Translations under genes and position numbers: made by a program
The notes under the pieces: generated by a model
Databases searched by the model: none
Seen by the model: only the letters and a program-made list of their open reading frames with translations
What the model was told of the DNA's origin: nothing
Part shown: positions 1 through 9,952 of the stretch, piece after piece
Layout: every line of letters begins with the position of its first letter
Numbering within the stretch: the first letter of the stretch is position 1
DNA from: Lysobacteraceae bacterium
Lineage (GTDB): Bacteria > Pseudomonadota > Gammaproteobacteria > DSM-19610
NCBI GenBank assembly: GCA_020201295.1
Contig: JAIVHA010000009.1
Span: forward strand, 1-36,303
Reading direction: 5' to 3'
DNA: 36,303 bases

Positions 1-1055
1 GGGACGGACAGGGCCTGCGGGTGGTGCTGGACCTCAGTCAGGCCGTGCGGCCGAAGAGCTTCGTGCTGCAACCCAATCATGAATACGGACATCGCCTGGT
101 CATCGACCTGACGCACGCCGGCTCGACACCGGACGTCCGGAATGCCCCGGCGCCGGCCACGCCGCGCACGGTCAAGACCGCGCCGGAGGGTTTACGCGAC
201 CTGGTGATCGCCATCGATGCCGGCCACGGCGGCGAGGATCCGGGCGCCATCGGCAAGGGCAAGACACGGGAAAAAGACGTGGTGCTGGCCATCGCACGTC
301 GACTCGCCAATCAGGTGAATGCCGAGCCCGGCATGCGCGCCGTGCTGATCCGCGACGGTGATTATTTCATCAGTCTGCGCAAGCGCATCGACCTGGCACG
401 CCAGCACAAGGCGGACCTGTTCATTTCCATCCACGCCGACGCCTTCCACAATGCCAAGGTGCATGGTTCCTCGGTCTATGTGCTGTCGCGCCGTGGCGCT
501 TCCTCGGAGATGGCGCGCTGGATCGCCGCGCGGGAAAATGCCTCCGACCTGGTGGGCGGCGTGCGGCTGGACGACAAGGATGATTTGCTGACGGAAGTGC
601 TGCTGGACCTGTCCCAGACGGCCACCATCGAGGCCAGCATGGAAGTGGGCGCCGAGGTGCTCAAACATTTCAGGCAGGTGGGCAAGGTGCACAAGCCCGC
701 GGTGCAGCACGCGGCCTTTGCCGTGCTGCGTTCACCGGACATCCCCTCCATCCTGGTGGAAACGGCCTTCATCTCCAATCCCCAGGAAGAGCGCAAGCTG
801 CGCGATGCCCGGCACCAGGATCAGCTGGCACGGGCCATGGTGGCGGGCATTCGCAGCTATTTCACCCAGCACCCGCCACCGGGTACCCTCATGGCCATGC
901 GTAGTGACCGTCGGCACACTGTGCGTTCCGGTGACACGCTCAGCCATATCGCGCGCCGTTACGGCGTCAATGTGGATAGCCTGCGTGCCACCAATGGCCT
1001 TAACGGCGACCGCCTGCTGGTGGGTCGCACCCTGACCATCCCCGAAGGCGGCTAG
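1..1055 (+). CDS. amiB: N-acetylmuramoyl-L-alanine amidase (end of AMIN domain, Amidase_3 core, C-terminal LysM); 5' end lies outside the window
   Basis: Frame is open to base 3. Amidase_3 motifs are present (IAIDAGHGGEDPGA, FISIHADA, ETAFISNP), with a C-terminal LysM (HTVRSGDTLSHIARRYGV...LLVGRTLTIP). The position upstream of mutL-miaA-hfq matches E. coli. Confidence 0.85.
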   Translation, partial: DGQGLRVVLDLSQAVRPKSFVLQPNHEYGHRLVIDLTHAGSTPDVRNAPAPATPRTVKTAPEGLRDLVIAIDAGHGGEDPGAIGKGKTREKDVVLAIARRLANQVNAEPGMRAVLIRDGDYFISLRKRIDLARQHKADLFISIHADAFHNAKVHGSSVYVLSRRGASSEMARWIAARENASDLVGGVRLDDKDDLLTEVLLDLSQTATIEASMEVGAEVLKHFRQVGKVHKPAVQHAAFAVLRSPDIPSILVETAFISNPQEERKLRDARHQDQLARAMVAGIRSYFTQHPPPGTLMAMRSDRRHTVRSGDTLSHIARRYGVNVDSLRATNGLNGDRLLVGRTLTIPEGG

Positions 1056-1208
1056 TGGTGTTGCGCGGCGCTACGCGCCTCGTAATGAGGGTTTGATCAG
1101 GCTACCTGGCCGTGTGTGATTCCTCGGGCATGGCGAAGCTGTGCCGGTTCCGTGGTTCGCCGGGCATCAGGTATGATGGGCGGCCCATTGCCGCCATCCC
1201 GTGACCCC

Positions 1209-2981
1209 ATGCCCATCCGTCCCCTGCCACCCCAGCTCGTCAACCAGATCGCGGCGGGCGAGGTGGTGGAGCGTCCGTCTTCCGTGGTCAAGGAACTGCT
1301 GGAAAACAGCCTGGACGCCGGCGCGCGCCGTGTCGAGATCGAGGTGGAGGAGGGCGGCCGGCGCCTGATCCGGGTGCGCGACGACGGCATGAGCATTCCC
1401 CGCGAGGAACTGGCCCTGGCCCTGTCGCGCCACGCCACCAGCAAGCTGTCCAGCCTGGAAGAGCTGGAATGCATTGCCAGCCTGGGCTTCCGGGGCGAGG
1501 CGCTGCCGAGCATCGCCTCCGTGTCCCGGCTCACCCTGCAGTCACGCACCGCCGCCGATGACACCGGCTGGTCGGTGCAGGGCGATGGCAGCGACCAGTG
1601 CCCGGAACCGGCACCCGTGGCCCATGCCGTGGGCACCAGCGTCGAGGTGCGCGACCTGTTCTTCAACACCCCCGCGCGACGCAAATTCCTGCGCACGGAA
1701 ACCACCGAGTACCGGCACCTCGAGGACGTGGTGCGGCGCATCGCGCTCAGCCGCTTTTCCGTGGAGCTGGTGCTGCGCCGTAACCAGAAACCGGTGTTGC
1801 ACCTGCCCGCCGCCCACCAGCTCGGGGAACAGGAACGACGCCTGGCGGAGCTGTGCGGCAAGCCTTTCCTGGAACAGGCCCTGCACGTGGAGCACGAGGC
1901 CGCGGGCCTGCACATCGAGGGCTGGATCGGCCTGCCGACCTTCTCGCGCAGCCAGCCGGACCTGCAGTATTTCTTCGTCAACGGCCGCATGGTGCGCGAC
2001 AAGCTGATTGCCCATGCGGTGCGCCAGGCCTACCAGGATGTGCTGTATCACGGCCGCCATCCCGCCTTCGTGCTCTACCTGTCCATGGACCCGGCCGGTG
2101 TGGATGTGAACGCCCATCCCACTAAGCACGAGGTGCGTTTTCGCGACAGCCGCCTGGTGCACGATTTCCTGTTCCGCTCCCTGCACCAGGTGCTGGCCGG
2201 GGTGCGGCCGGGCGCGGCGGGCGATTTCCCGCCGGCCGGGCAGCCGGCAGCAGCCCCGGCGGCCTTCGCGTCCCTGTCGGCGCAGCAGCCCATGCCCCTG
2301 CGGGTGCGCGAGGAACTGGCGATCTATGATCGACTGCACGGCAGCGCGGTGCCCGAGCGCGGTACAGCGCCATTGCCGGAGCACGATCCCGGTGTGCCAC
2401 CCCCCCTGGGTTATGCGTTGGCGCAACTGCATGGCATCTACATCCTGGCGCAGAACCAGGAGGGGCTGGTGCTGGTGGATATGCATGCCGCCCATGAACG
2501 TATTACCTACGAACGACTGAAGGCCGCCCAGGCCGGGCAGGGCATCCGCTCCCAGCCCCTGCTGGTGCCGGTCAGCCTGGCCGTGAGTCGCCGCGAGGCC
2601 GACCTGGCCGAGCAGCATCGCGAGGAACTGGCCGCCCTCGGTGTCGAGCTGGATCGTCAGGGTCCGGAGACCCTGGTGGTGCGGCAGGTGCCCAGCCTGC
2701 TCATCCGCGGGGACGCGGAGGCCCTGGTGCGCGACCTGCTGGCGGACCTGGAGGGCCAGGGCAGCACCACCCGCCTGCAGGAGGCCATGAACGAGGTGCT
2801 GTCCACCATGGCCTGTCATGGCTCGGTGCGCGCCAACCGCCAGCTCGAACTTGCCGAGATGAACGCCCTGCTGCGCGACATGGAACGCACCGAGCGCAGT
2901 GGCCAGTGCAACCACGGTCGCCCCACCTGGGTGGGGGTCGGCCTGGAGGAACTGGACCGCTTGTTCCTGCGCGGGCGATGA
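1209..2981 (+). CDS. mutL: DNA mismatch repair protein MutL
   Basis: GHKL ATPase motifs are present ([44 protein letters not shown]), as is the C-terminal dimerisation region (ACHGSVRAN...CNHGRPTW). Start placed at ATG 1209 ([13 protein letters not shown]) rather than the ORF-track start at 1116. Confidence 0.9.
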   Translation: MPIRPLPPQLVNQIAAGEVVERPSSVVKELLENSLDAGARRVEIEVEEGGRRLIRVRDDGMSIPREELALALSRHATSKLSSLEELECIASLGFRGEALPSIASVSRLTLQSRTAADDTGWSVQGDGSDQCPEPAPVAHAVGTSVEVRDLFFNTPARRKFLRTETTEYRHLEDVVRRIALSRFSVELVLRRNQKPVLHLPAAHQLGEQERRLAELCGKPFLEQALHVEHEAAGLHIEGWIGLPTFSRSQPDLQYFFVNGRMVRDKLIAHAVRQAYQDVLYHGRHPAFVLYLSMDPAGVDVNAHPTKHEVRFRDSRLVHDFLFRSLHQVLAGVRPGAAGDFPPAGQPAAAPAAFASLSAQQPMPLRVREELAIYDRLHGSAVPERGTAPLPEHDPGVPPPLGYALAQLHGIYILAQNQEGLVLVDMHAAHERITYERLKAAQAGQGIRSQPLLVPVSLAVSRREADLAEQHREELAALGVELDRQGPETLVVRQVPSLLIRGDAEALVRDLLADLEGQGSTTRLQEAMNEVLSTMACHGSVRANRQLELAEMNALLRDMERTERSGQCNHGRPTWVGVGLEELDRLFLRGR

Positions 2982-2991
2982 AGACAGGGCT

Positions 2992-3097
2992 GGCCGGTGT
3001 GTGCCGCTGTTCCGGGACCGTCGGCCGCAGGGATGCGGCCGTCGAGCGTACAGGGATGTATTCACAGCGAGTCCCGGAACAGCGGCACACACCGGCC
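2992..3097. repeat. perfect 27-bp inverted repeat with a 52-nt loop in the mutL-miaA spacer
   Basis: ggccggtgtgtgccgctgttccgggac (2992-3018) is the exact reverse complement of 3071-3097. The loop holds a second 8-bp hairpin (cggccgca ggga tgcggccg). Confidence 0.85.
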
Positions 3098-3126
3098 CCA
3101 CCATCCACTGCCATTGATTCGACACA

Positions 3127-4098
3127 ATGACTGAACCGACCGCCGTCCAGGATCGTCCCCCGATCCTGTGCATCATGGGCCCCACCGCCTCCGGCAAGAC
3201 CGGCCTGGCGGTGGAGCTGGTGCGGCGCCTGCCCTTCGAGATCATCAGTGTGGACTCGGCCATGATCTATCGGGGCATGGACATCGGCACCGCCAAGCCC
3301 GCTCCCGAGGTGCTGGAACGGGCCCCCCATCATCTGATCGATATCCTGGATCCCGCCGAGCGTTACTCGGCGGCCCGCCTTCGTGACGATGCCCTGGCGC
3401 TGATGGAACAAATCCGTGCCCGCGGGGGTCTACCCTTGCTGGTAGGGGGTACCAGCCTGTATTTCCGTGCCCTGCAGCAAGGCCTCTCCGAACTGCCGGA
3501 GGCGGACCCGGCCTGCCGGCTCGAGCTGGAGGCCTGGGCCGCCCGGGAGGGCTGGGATGCGTTATATCGGGAGCTGGCGCGGGTGGACCCGCTAGCCGCT
3601 CATCGCATCCATCCCAATGATCCGCAGCGCATCGGCCGCGCCCTGGAGGTGTACCGGCTAACCGGGCGCCCCCTGAGTGACTGGTTTCGCGAAGGGCGCG
3701 GGGTGGAAAGCCCCTACCGCTTCGTCAATCTGGCGCTGGCCCCACCGGAGCGCGGGGTGCTGCACCAGCGCATTGCCGAGCGCTTCCGGGCCATGCTGGA
3801 GCAAGGCCTGGTGGATGAGGTCAAGCGGCTGTTTGCCCGTCCCGACCTGCACCCGGGCCTGCCCTCCATGCGCGCGGTGGGTTACCGCCAGGTCTGGTCC
3901 TGGCTGGCGGGCGAGTGCAGCGAGGCGGAGATGGAGGAGCGCGGAATCGCCGCCACCCGCCAGTATGCCAAGCGCCAGTTGACCTGGCTGCGCGGTGAAG
4001 CGGACCTGGCCTGGCTGGACCCTGCCAGTCCCGGCCTGGCCGACCGTCTGGCGGATTGGTGGGAAGCCGGCGGGCAGGCTCCTTTCACGGAAAAATGA
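3127..4098 (+). CDS. miaA: tRNA dimethylallyltransferase
   Basis: P-loop [26 protein letters not shown] and [10 protein letters not shown] motifs are present. Length (323 aa) and position between mutL and hfq fit. Confidence 0.9.
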   Translation: MTEPTAVQDRPPILCIMGPTASGKTGLAVELVRRLPFEIISVDSAMIYRGMDIGTAKPAPEVLERAPHHLIDILDPAERYSAARLRDDALALMEQIRARGGLPLLVGGTSLYFRALQQGLSELPEADPACRLELEAWAAREGWDALYRELARVDPLAAHRIHPNDPQRIGRALEVYRLTGRPLSDWFREGRGVESPYRFVNLALAPPERGVLHQRIAERFRAMLEQGLVDEVKRLFARPDLHPGLPSMRAVGYRQVWSWLAGECSEAEMEERGIAATRQYAKRQLTWLRGEADLAWLDPASPGLADRLADWWEAGGQAPFTEK

Positions 4099-4282
4099 AG
4101 GGGAAAGGGAGGTCCGCCGCAGTATCAAGAGTAATTGACTGTGCTACAATTTTTTTACCCTGTAGCGTCACCTGGAAAAATGAGTACGCAACGGAATTGC
4201 GCAAAACGACATAATTTTCGCATGAGAAGATTCTTGGGAGTTAAGAACCTTGCTGCATGTAACTAGAAGAAGGAGAACGGAA

Positions 4283-4555
4283 ATGGCCCGTGGCCAATCA
4301 CTGCAAGAACCCTTTTTGAACGCGCTTCGCAAGGAGCGGGTGCCAGTGTCGATTTACCTGGTGAACGGAATCAAGCTGCAAGGTCAGATCGAATCCTTCG
4401 ACCAGTTCGTGGTGTTACTGAAGAACAGCGTCAGCCAAATGGTCTACAAACACGCCATCTCCACCGTGGTGCCCGCCCGTAATGTGCGCCTGGCCCCCAC
4501 CCCGGGCGATGAGCACGAGGCCGGTGTCGGCGGTCCGGAACCGGGTAATGTCTGA
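4283..4555 (+). CDS. hfq: RNA chaperone Hfq
   Basis: Sm1/Sm2 sequence [39 protein letters not shown]...[16 protein letters not shown] Shine-Dalgarno at 4271-4276, 7 nt before ATG 4283. The ORF-track start at 4250 is an upstream extension. Confidence 0.95.
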   Translation: MARGQSLQEPFLNALRKERVPVSIYLVNGIKLQGQIESFDQFVVLLKNSVSQMVYKHAISTVVPARNVRLAPTPGDEHEAGVGGPEPGNV

Positions 4556-4684
4556 ATTGCCGGCGCGGGGCGGGGATGCAGGGTCCTCGCCCCGGGTCCT
4601 GCGCGGCCATGCCCGGGCCGTTGCGGCTGGCGCGGCACGATGATCCTGCCAATCCCTTTTACCTGTCCATCCTGGAGTAGCTGA

Positions 4685-6004
4685 TTGTTCGAACGTCCAC
4701 GCAGCGGTGAACGGGCGGTACTGGTTCACGTGGACTTCCCCGGTGAATCGGACCCCGATGACCTGCTTGAATTCACGGAGCTGGTGATCTCGGCCGGCGC
4801 CACCCCGGTCGCCACCATCACCGCCAGTCGCCATAGGCCCGATGCCCGCCTGTTCGTGGGCAGCGGCAAGGCGGAGGATATCCATCAGGCGGTGACGCTG
4901 GAGGAGGCGGACGTGGTGATCTTCAACCACACCCTGTCGCCCAGCCAGGAACGCAACCTGGAACGGGTGTTCTCCTGCCGGGTGCTGGATCGCACCGGCC
5001 TGATCCTCGATATCTTCGCCCAGCGGGCGCGCTCATTCGAAGGCAAGTTGCAGGTGGAGCTGGCCCAGCTTCAGCACCTGTCCACCCGCCTGGTGCGGGG
5101 CTGGACTCACCTGGAGCGCCAGAAGGGCGGTATCGGCCTGCGCGGCCCGGGGGAAACCCAGTTGGAAACGGACCGCCGCCTGCTGGCGGAACGTATCAAG
5201 ACCATCCACAAGCGCCTGGAGAAGGTGCGCCGCCAGCGCGAGCAGGGACGGCGTGCCCGCAGCCGCGCCGAGCTGCCCACGCTCTCCCTGGTGGGTTATA
5301 CCAATGCCGGCAAGTCGACCCTGTTCAATCGCCTGTGCGATGCCGAGGTCTATGTCGCGGACCAGTTGTTCGCCACCCTGGACCCCACCTTGCGGCGCAT
5401 TCGCCTGCCGGGGCTGGGGCCGGTGGTGCTGGCGGATACCGTGGGCTTCATCCGCAAGCTGCCCCACGACCTGGTGGCGGCCTTCCGCTCCACCCTGGAG
5501 GAGACCCGCCAGGCCCAACTGTTGCTGCACCTGGTGGATGCCCATGACCCCGAGCGCCAGACGCGCATCGAACAGGTGAATGAGGTACTGGCGGAAATCG
5601 GGGCGGAGGAAATCCCTCAGCTGCTGGTCTACAACAAGATCGACCAGAGTGGCGAGGCGCCGCAATTGCAGCGGGATGCCGAGGGCCGTCCCACCCGGGT
5701 GTGGATCTCGGCGGCCAGCGGTGCCGGCCTGGATCTGCTGCTGCAGGCCATCACGGAATTGTTCCAGGAGTCGGTGCTGCACGGCTGGCTGCAGTTGGCA
5801 CCGGCGGCGGGGCGCCTGCGGGCCCGCCTGCACAGCCTCGGCGAGGTGCTCAAGGAGTCCGTGGATGAGCAGGGGGAGTGGTCCATCGAGGTCCGTGCGC
5901 CTCGGGATGAGCTGGAGCGCCTGTTCCGGAAAGAGGGGGTGGAATTCCGTTTCACCCCCATCGAGCCCCCGGCCTTGGTTGCGGCGGGCGGTCAAGCTCC
6001 CTAG
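4685..6004 (+). CDS. hflX: GTPase HflX
   Basis: HflX N-domain plus G motifs GYTNAGKST, DTVGF and NKID. TTG start at 4685. Conserved hfq-hflX-hflK-hflC order. Confidence 0.9.
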   Translation: MFERPRSGERAVLVHVDFPGESDPDDLLEFTELVISAGATPVATITASRHRPDARLFVGSGKAEDIHQAVTLEEADVVIFNHTLSPSQERNLERVFSCRVLDRTGLILDIFAQRARSFEGKLQVELAQLQHLSTRLVRGWTHLERQKGGIGLRGPGETQLETDRRLLAERIKTIHKRLEKVRRQREQGRRARSRAELPTLSLVGYTNAGKSTLFNRLCDAEVYVADQLFATLDPTLRRIRLPGLGPVVLADTVGFIRKLPHDLVAAFRSTLEETRQAQLLLHLVDAHDPERQTRIEQVNEVLAEIGAEEIPQLLVYNKIDQSGEAPQLQRDAEGRPTRVWISAASGAGLDLLLQAITELFQESVLHGWLQLAPAAGRLRARLHSLGEVLKESVDEQGEWSIEVRAPRDELERLFRKEGVEFRFTPIEPPALVAAGGQAP

Positions 6005-6134
6005 AATGGGCGACCTGCGTGCGCCGGGCCACGGGTCTTGGCGCGCTTAATGTTTTTATCAGGAAGCCCTGATCAATTCTATCTTTACTGTCATTAATTG
6101 AATCGCGCGTGCGAAATCGCTACGGAGATGTGTA

Positions 6135-7337
6135 ATGGCCTGGAACGAGCCGGGTGGCGGCAACAAGGATCCCTGGGGTCAGGGTGGTGGTGGCAATCAG
6201 GGGCCACCGGACCTCGATGAGTTGATCCGCAAGCTGCAAGCCAAAATGGGCGGCCTGTTCGGCGGCGGCCGCAAGGGCGGTGGTACCGCCACGGGCGGCG
6301 GTGGCGGTGGTGGTGGCGGCGGTTTCCTCAGCATCGGCCTGTTGCTGGGCATCGGTGTGCTGGTATGGCTGGCCTCCGGTATCTACATCATCGACGAGGG
6401 CAAGCGCGGCGTGGTGCTGCGCTTCGGCGAGTTCCATGTCATTACCGGCCCCGGACCCCATTGGCACATTCCCTACCCGGTGGACAGGGTGGAAGTGGTC
6501 GATGTGGCGCTGCGCCGCTTCGAGGAAATCGGTTATCGCACCACGGCCGGACGTTCCGTGGTGGTACCCAAGGAAGCCCTGATGCTGACCCGCGACGAGA
6601 ACATCGTCAATGTGCAGATGGCGGTGCAGTACCAGGTCAGCGACCCGCGCCAGTACCTGTTCAATGTGCGCGACCCGCGCGCCACCCTGCAGCAGGCCGC
6701 GGAAAGCGCCCTGCGCGAAGTGGTGGGCAAGAGCCGCATGGACTTCGTGCTGACCGAGGGTCGCAGCGACGTGGTGATGCAGGTGCGCGCCCTCATGCAG
6801 CAGATGCTCGATGACTACCAGGCCGGCCTGCTGGTGTCCGAGGTATCCATGCAGGATGTGCAGCCGCCGGAAGAGGTGCAGGGCGCCTTCTCCGATGCCA
6901 TTCGCGCCCGCGAGGACGAGCAGCGCTACAAGAACGAGGCGGAAGCCTACTCCAATGACATCATCCCCCGTGCGCGCGGCCAGGCCGCCCGCTTGCTCGA
7001 GGAGGCCAATGCCTACAAGGAAAGCGAAGTGGCGCGGGCGGAAGGTGAGGCCAGCCGCTTTACCCAGTTGCTGACCGAGTACAAGCGTGCGCCGGAGGTT
7101 ACCCGCAAGCGCCTCTACCTGGAGACCATGGAAAATGTGTTGCAGAGCTCCAGCAAGGTGCTGGTGGATGTGAAGGATGGCAACAGCCTCATGTATCTGC
7201 CCCTGGATCGCATGATCAAGGGTTCCGGGGAGATCGTCACTCGTCCTGGCGAGGGCTATACCTCCAGCGGTGGTTCGTCGGGTGCGTCCGGTTCCCTGAC
7301 CAGCCGGCCGCCGCAGCAGATTCGGGAGACACGCTGA
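6135..7337 (+). CDS. hflK: FtsH protease modulator HflK (SPFH/band-7)
   Basis: Gly-rich N-terminus, one TM segment (FLSIGLLLGIGVLVWLASGIY) and an SPFH domain. The stop overlaps the hflC start (ATGA at 7334-7337). Confidence 0.9.
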   Translation: MAWNEPGGGNKDPWGQGGGGNQGPPDLDELIRKLQAKMGGLFGGGRKGGGTATGGGGGGGGGGFLSIGLLLGIGVLVWLASGIYIIDEGKRGVVLRFGEFHVITGPGPHWHIPYPVDRVEVVDVALRRFEEIGYRTTAGRSVVVPKEALMLTRDENIVNVQMAVQYQVSDPRQYLFNVRDPRATLQQAAESALREVVGKSRMDFVLTEGRSDVVMQVRALMQQMLDDYQAGLLVSEVSMQDVQPPEEVQGAFSDAIRAREDEQRYKNEAEAYSNDIIPRARGQAARLLEEANAYKESEVARAEGEASRFTQLLTEYKRAPEVTRKRLYLETMENVLQSSSKVLVDVKDGNSLMYLPLDRMIKGSGEIVTRPGEGYTSSGGSSGASGSLTSRPPQQIRETR

Positions 7338-8209
7338 TGAATAAGGTCAGGAATATGGGGCTGATGGCCCTGATCGCGGCGCTGATATTGCTGTATTTCT
7401 CCGCATTCATCGTCAAGGAGTGGGAAACGGCCGTCCTGTTCCGCCTCGGTGAAGTGGTGCGCGCGGACTATGAGCCGGGTCTGCATTTCAAGATCCCTTT
7501 CATCAATAATGTGCGCAAGTTCGATGCCCGCATTCTTTCCCTCGACGTGGAACCCGAGCGGTTCCTGACCGTGGAAAAGAAGAACATGATCGTCGATTCC
7601 TACATCAAGTGGCGCATCGCCGATGTGACGCGGTTCTATACCGCCGTGCAGGGTGACGAGCGCCAGGCCGAGCAACGCCTGACCCAGATCATCAAGGATG
7701 GCATGCGCGGCGAGTTCGGCAACCGCACCGTCAACGAAGTGGTGTCGGGCGAGCGTGTCCAGATCATGAATCTGCTCAAGGCCAATGCCGACGAACAGGC
7801 GCGGACCATCGGCATCAGTATCATCGACGTGCGCATCAAGCGCATCGACCTGCCGGCCGAGGTCAGTGATTCGGTGTACCAGCGCATGCGCGCCGAACGT
7901 GAGCGCGTCGCCAAGGATTTCCGTTCTCGCGGGATCGAAGCGGCGGAACGCATCAAGGCCGACGCCGATCGCCAGCGCCAGGTGCTGCTCGCCGAGGCCT
8001 ATCGTGATGCCGAGGTCCTGCGCGGCGAAGGCGATGCCAGGGCGGCGGATATCTACGCCCGCGCCTATGGCCAGGACGCCGAATTCTACAGCCTGCATCG
8101 CAGCCTGGGTGCCTATCGGCGCTCCTTCCAGAGCCAGGATGACCTGCTGGTGCTGGAGCCGGATTCCGAGTTCTTCGAATATTTCGGCAATGCGCAGGGC
8201 AGGCCCTAG
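7337..8209 (+). CDS. hflC: FtsH protease modulator HflC (SPFH/band-7)
   Basis: N-terminal TM segment and SPFH domain. Translationally coupled to hflK. Confidence 0.9.
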   Translation: MNKVRNMGLMALIAALILLYFSAFIVKEWETAVLFRLGEVVRADYEPGLHFKIPFINNVRKFDARILSLDVEPERFLTVEKKNMIVDSYIKWRIADVTRFYTAVQGDERQAEQRLTQIIKDGMRGEFGNRTVNEVVSGERVQIMNLLKANADEQARTIGISIIDVRIKRIDLPAEVSDSVYQRMRAERERVAKDFRSRGIEAAERIKADADRQRQVLLAEAYRDAEVLRGEGDARAADIYARAYGQDAEFYSLHRSLGAYRRSFQSQDDLLVLEPDSEFFEYFGNAQGRP

Positions 8210-8236
8210 CCCGTCAGGGCGTCACCTGCCGCGACT

Positions 8237-8269
8237 CCGGGTTGGCGTGGTCGCCCCCCGGTTTTTTTT
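8237..8269 (+). terminator. Rho-independent terminator after hflC
   Basis: Interrupted GC stem (ccggg..ggcg / cgcc..cccgg) followed directly by a T8 run at 8262-8269. Confidence 0.55.
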
Positions 8270-8279
8270 GGCTTGAACC

Positions 8280-8468
8280 ATGTGGCATGACCTGCTGGCC
8301 GCACTGGCCTTGGTGCTGGTGATCGAGGGCCTGATTCCGTTCTGGAAGCCCCAGGCCCTGCGCCAGATGCTGGAAATGCTGGCGCAGCTGGATGACCGCA
8401 GTATCCGGGTCGCGGGCCTGGTCAGCATGGTGGCGGGTTTGCTGTTGTTGTACCTGGTGCGCAATTGA
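8280..8468 (+). CDS. yjeT: small membrane protein, DUF2065/YjeT-like
   Basis: 62-aa protein with two hydrophobic segments, immediately after hflC, which is where E. coli yjeT sits. Confidence 0.7.
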   Translation: MWHDLLAALALVLVIEGLIPFWKPQALRQMLEMLAQLDDRSIRVAGLVSMVAGLLLLYLVRN

Positions 8469-8554
8469 TCCGACATTGCGCGTGATGAATACCCCGTTCC
8501 CTGGGCAGGCAGGCGCCGTGCTGACCGGAAGCTTCGGGTCTTTGTGAATAAACG

Positions 8555-9739
8555 ATGAAATTACGTGATCGCTGGTTATTGCCGGAAGGCATCGGTGAGC
8601 TCCTTCCCGCGGAGGCCTGGGCACTGGAAACGGTGCGCCGGCAGCTGCTCGATTTTTATCGCAGCTGGGGCTACGAACTGGTCATCCCGCCCTTCATCGA
8701 ATATCTGGATTCCCTGCTGACGGGTACCGGGCACGATCTCGATTTGCAGACCTTCAAGCTCACCGACCAGCTGACCGGTCGCACCCTTGGGGTGCGCGCC
8801 GACATGACCCCGCAGGTGGCCCGCATCGATGCCCACCGCCTGCAGCGGGAAGAGCCCGTGCGCTTATGCTACCTGGGTACCGTGTTGCACACCCGCGCGG
8901 ATGGCTTCGCCGGTTCGCGCAGTCCCATGCAAGTGGGCGCCGAGCTGTTCGGCAATGCCAGTGTGGCCAGCGACCTGGAGGTGCTGGCGTTGATGCTGGA
9001 GACTCTGCGGCGCACGGGCGTGCAGGATATACACCTGGATTTGGGGCATGTGGGCATCTTTCGCGGCCTGGCCGCGGAGGCGGGCCTGGATGCCGATCGG
9101 GAAGCGAACCTGTTCGATGCCCTGCAACGCAAGGCGATCCCGGAGTTGCGCGAGCTGACCGCGGACCTGCCCGCGGAACAGGGCGCGAACTTGTGCCGGC
9201 TCGCCACCCTCAACGGTGGCCACGAGGTGTTGACCGAGGCGCGCGCACAGCTGGCCGGAGCGAGTGCGGCTACCCGGCAGGCGCTGGACAACCTCTGCGC
9301 CATCGCGGATGCCGCCCGGGAAAACCTGCCCGATACGCCGTTGCACTTCGATTTGGCGGAACTGCGCGGCTATACCTTCCACACGGGTGTGGTGTTCGCG
9401 GCCTTCGTGCCCGGCCGGGGCCAGGAGATCGCCCGCGGTGGCCGCTATGATCACATCGGTGAGGTGTTCGGCCGAGCGCGCCCGGCCACCGGTTTCAGTA
9501 CCGACCTGAAGACCCTGCTGGCCCTGGGCCGGCGTCCGGACGTGGCTGGACCTGGCGGTATCTTCGCGCCCGCAGACGGCGATGCCGCCCTGCGGGAACG
9601 CATCGCCGAGCTGCGGGCCGCCGGGGAGCGGGTGGTGCGGGGTCTGCCCGGGCAGGCGGGGGATGCGGTCACCATGGGCTGCGACCGTGAGTTGCGCCGC
9701 CAGGATGGCCAATGGGTAGTCGTGGATTTGGGGTGCTGA
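8555..9739 (+). CDS. hisZ: ATP phosphoribosyltransferase regulatory subunit HisZ (HisRS paralogue)
   Basis: Class-II aaRS-like core ([34 protein letters not shown]), about 394 aa, with the hisZ-purA adjacency typical of Pseudomonas-type genomes. Confidence 0.8.
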   Translation: MKLRDRWLLPEGIGELLPAEAWALETVRRQLLDFYRSWGYELVIPPFIEYLDSLLTGTGHDLDLQTFKLTDQLTGRTLGVRADMTPQVARIDAHRLQREEPVRLCYLGTVLHTRADGFAGSRSPMQVGAELFGNASVASDLEVLALMLETLRRTGVQDIHLDLGHVGIFRGLAAEAGLDADREANLFDALQRKAIPELRELTADLPAEQGANLCRLATLNGGHEVLTEARAQLAGASAATRQALDNLCAIADAARENLPDTPLHFDLAELRGYTFHTGVVFAAFVPGRGQEIARGGRYDHIGEVFGRARPATGFSTDLKTLLALGRRPDVAGPGGIFAPADGDAALRERIAELRAAGERVVRGLPGQAGDAVTMGCDRELRRQDGQWVVVDLGC

Positions 9740-9760
9740 TCGGGTTTTGGGAAACCCATT

Positions 9761-9906
9761 ATTCGCCACGGAAACACACGGAAAATACGGAAAAATGAGC
9801 ATGCATTATCGGCGAGCCAGCATCCTGCGGGTTAGTCGGAACCAATACCGGGGCCATTATCTTGTCCCTGTGGTTCCGTGTACTTCCGTGTGTTTCCGTG
9901 GCGAAT
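9761..9906. repeat. ACGGAA-iteron element, copy 1 (146 bp, inverted ends)
   Basis: Left end is attcgccACGGAAacacACGGAAaatACGGAA; right end is TTCCGTgtacTTCCGTgtgtTTCCGTggcgaat. The outer 23 nt form a perfect inverted repeat. The hexamers recur at 9-10 bp spacing. Confidence 0.8.
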
Positions 9907-9952
9907 CCCGTTTTTATGACTTGAATATTCAGGGTTGAGGAGTTCAGTTTCG

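Noticed and set aside
1116-1208. N-terminal extensions offered by the ORF track (mutL 1116, hfq 4250, rnr 11138, rpsP 27935, rimM 28369, trmD 28832, rplS 29747, FHA-PilZ 22864, REC 36096)
   Set aside because: In each case the conserved protein N-terminus begins at an internal ATG, usually with a Shine-Dalgarno upstream. The extensions have no homology-like sequence and overlap upstream genes or repeats.
3049-3060. 12-mer tacagggatgta shared between the mutL-miaA spacer and 17534-17545 (the rplI-dnaB spacer)
   Set aside because: For 36 kb, N^2/2 divided by 4^12 gives tens of exact 12-mer coincidences expected by chance, and the flanks do not extend the match. There is not enough evidence for a repeat family.
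1542-3263. 573-aa ORF on the minus strand, antisense to mutL
   Set aside because: It fully overlaps a well-supported gene. Its translation is Arg/Gly/Ala/His-rich with no motif, which is the typical stop-poor shadow frame of GC-rich DNA. The same applies to 11192-13075 (antisense to rnr), 17462-19126 (dnaB), 32544-34334 (htpG), 24486-25454 (ypjD-like), 9832-10974 (purA) and 13422-14780 (rlmB).
4556-4684. GC hairpin (cggggcg ... cgccccg) after hfq as a terminator
   Set aside because: The stem is only 7 bp with a 15-nt loop and no U-tract. It is too weak to call from sequence alone.
6295-6325. GGN trinucleotide run encoding poly-Gly in hflK
   Set aside because: Glycine-rich N-terminal linkers are normal for HflK. 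The codons are mixed GGC/GGT rather than a perfect repeat, and the reading frame is intact.
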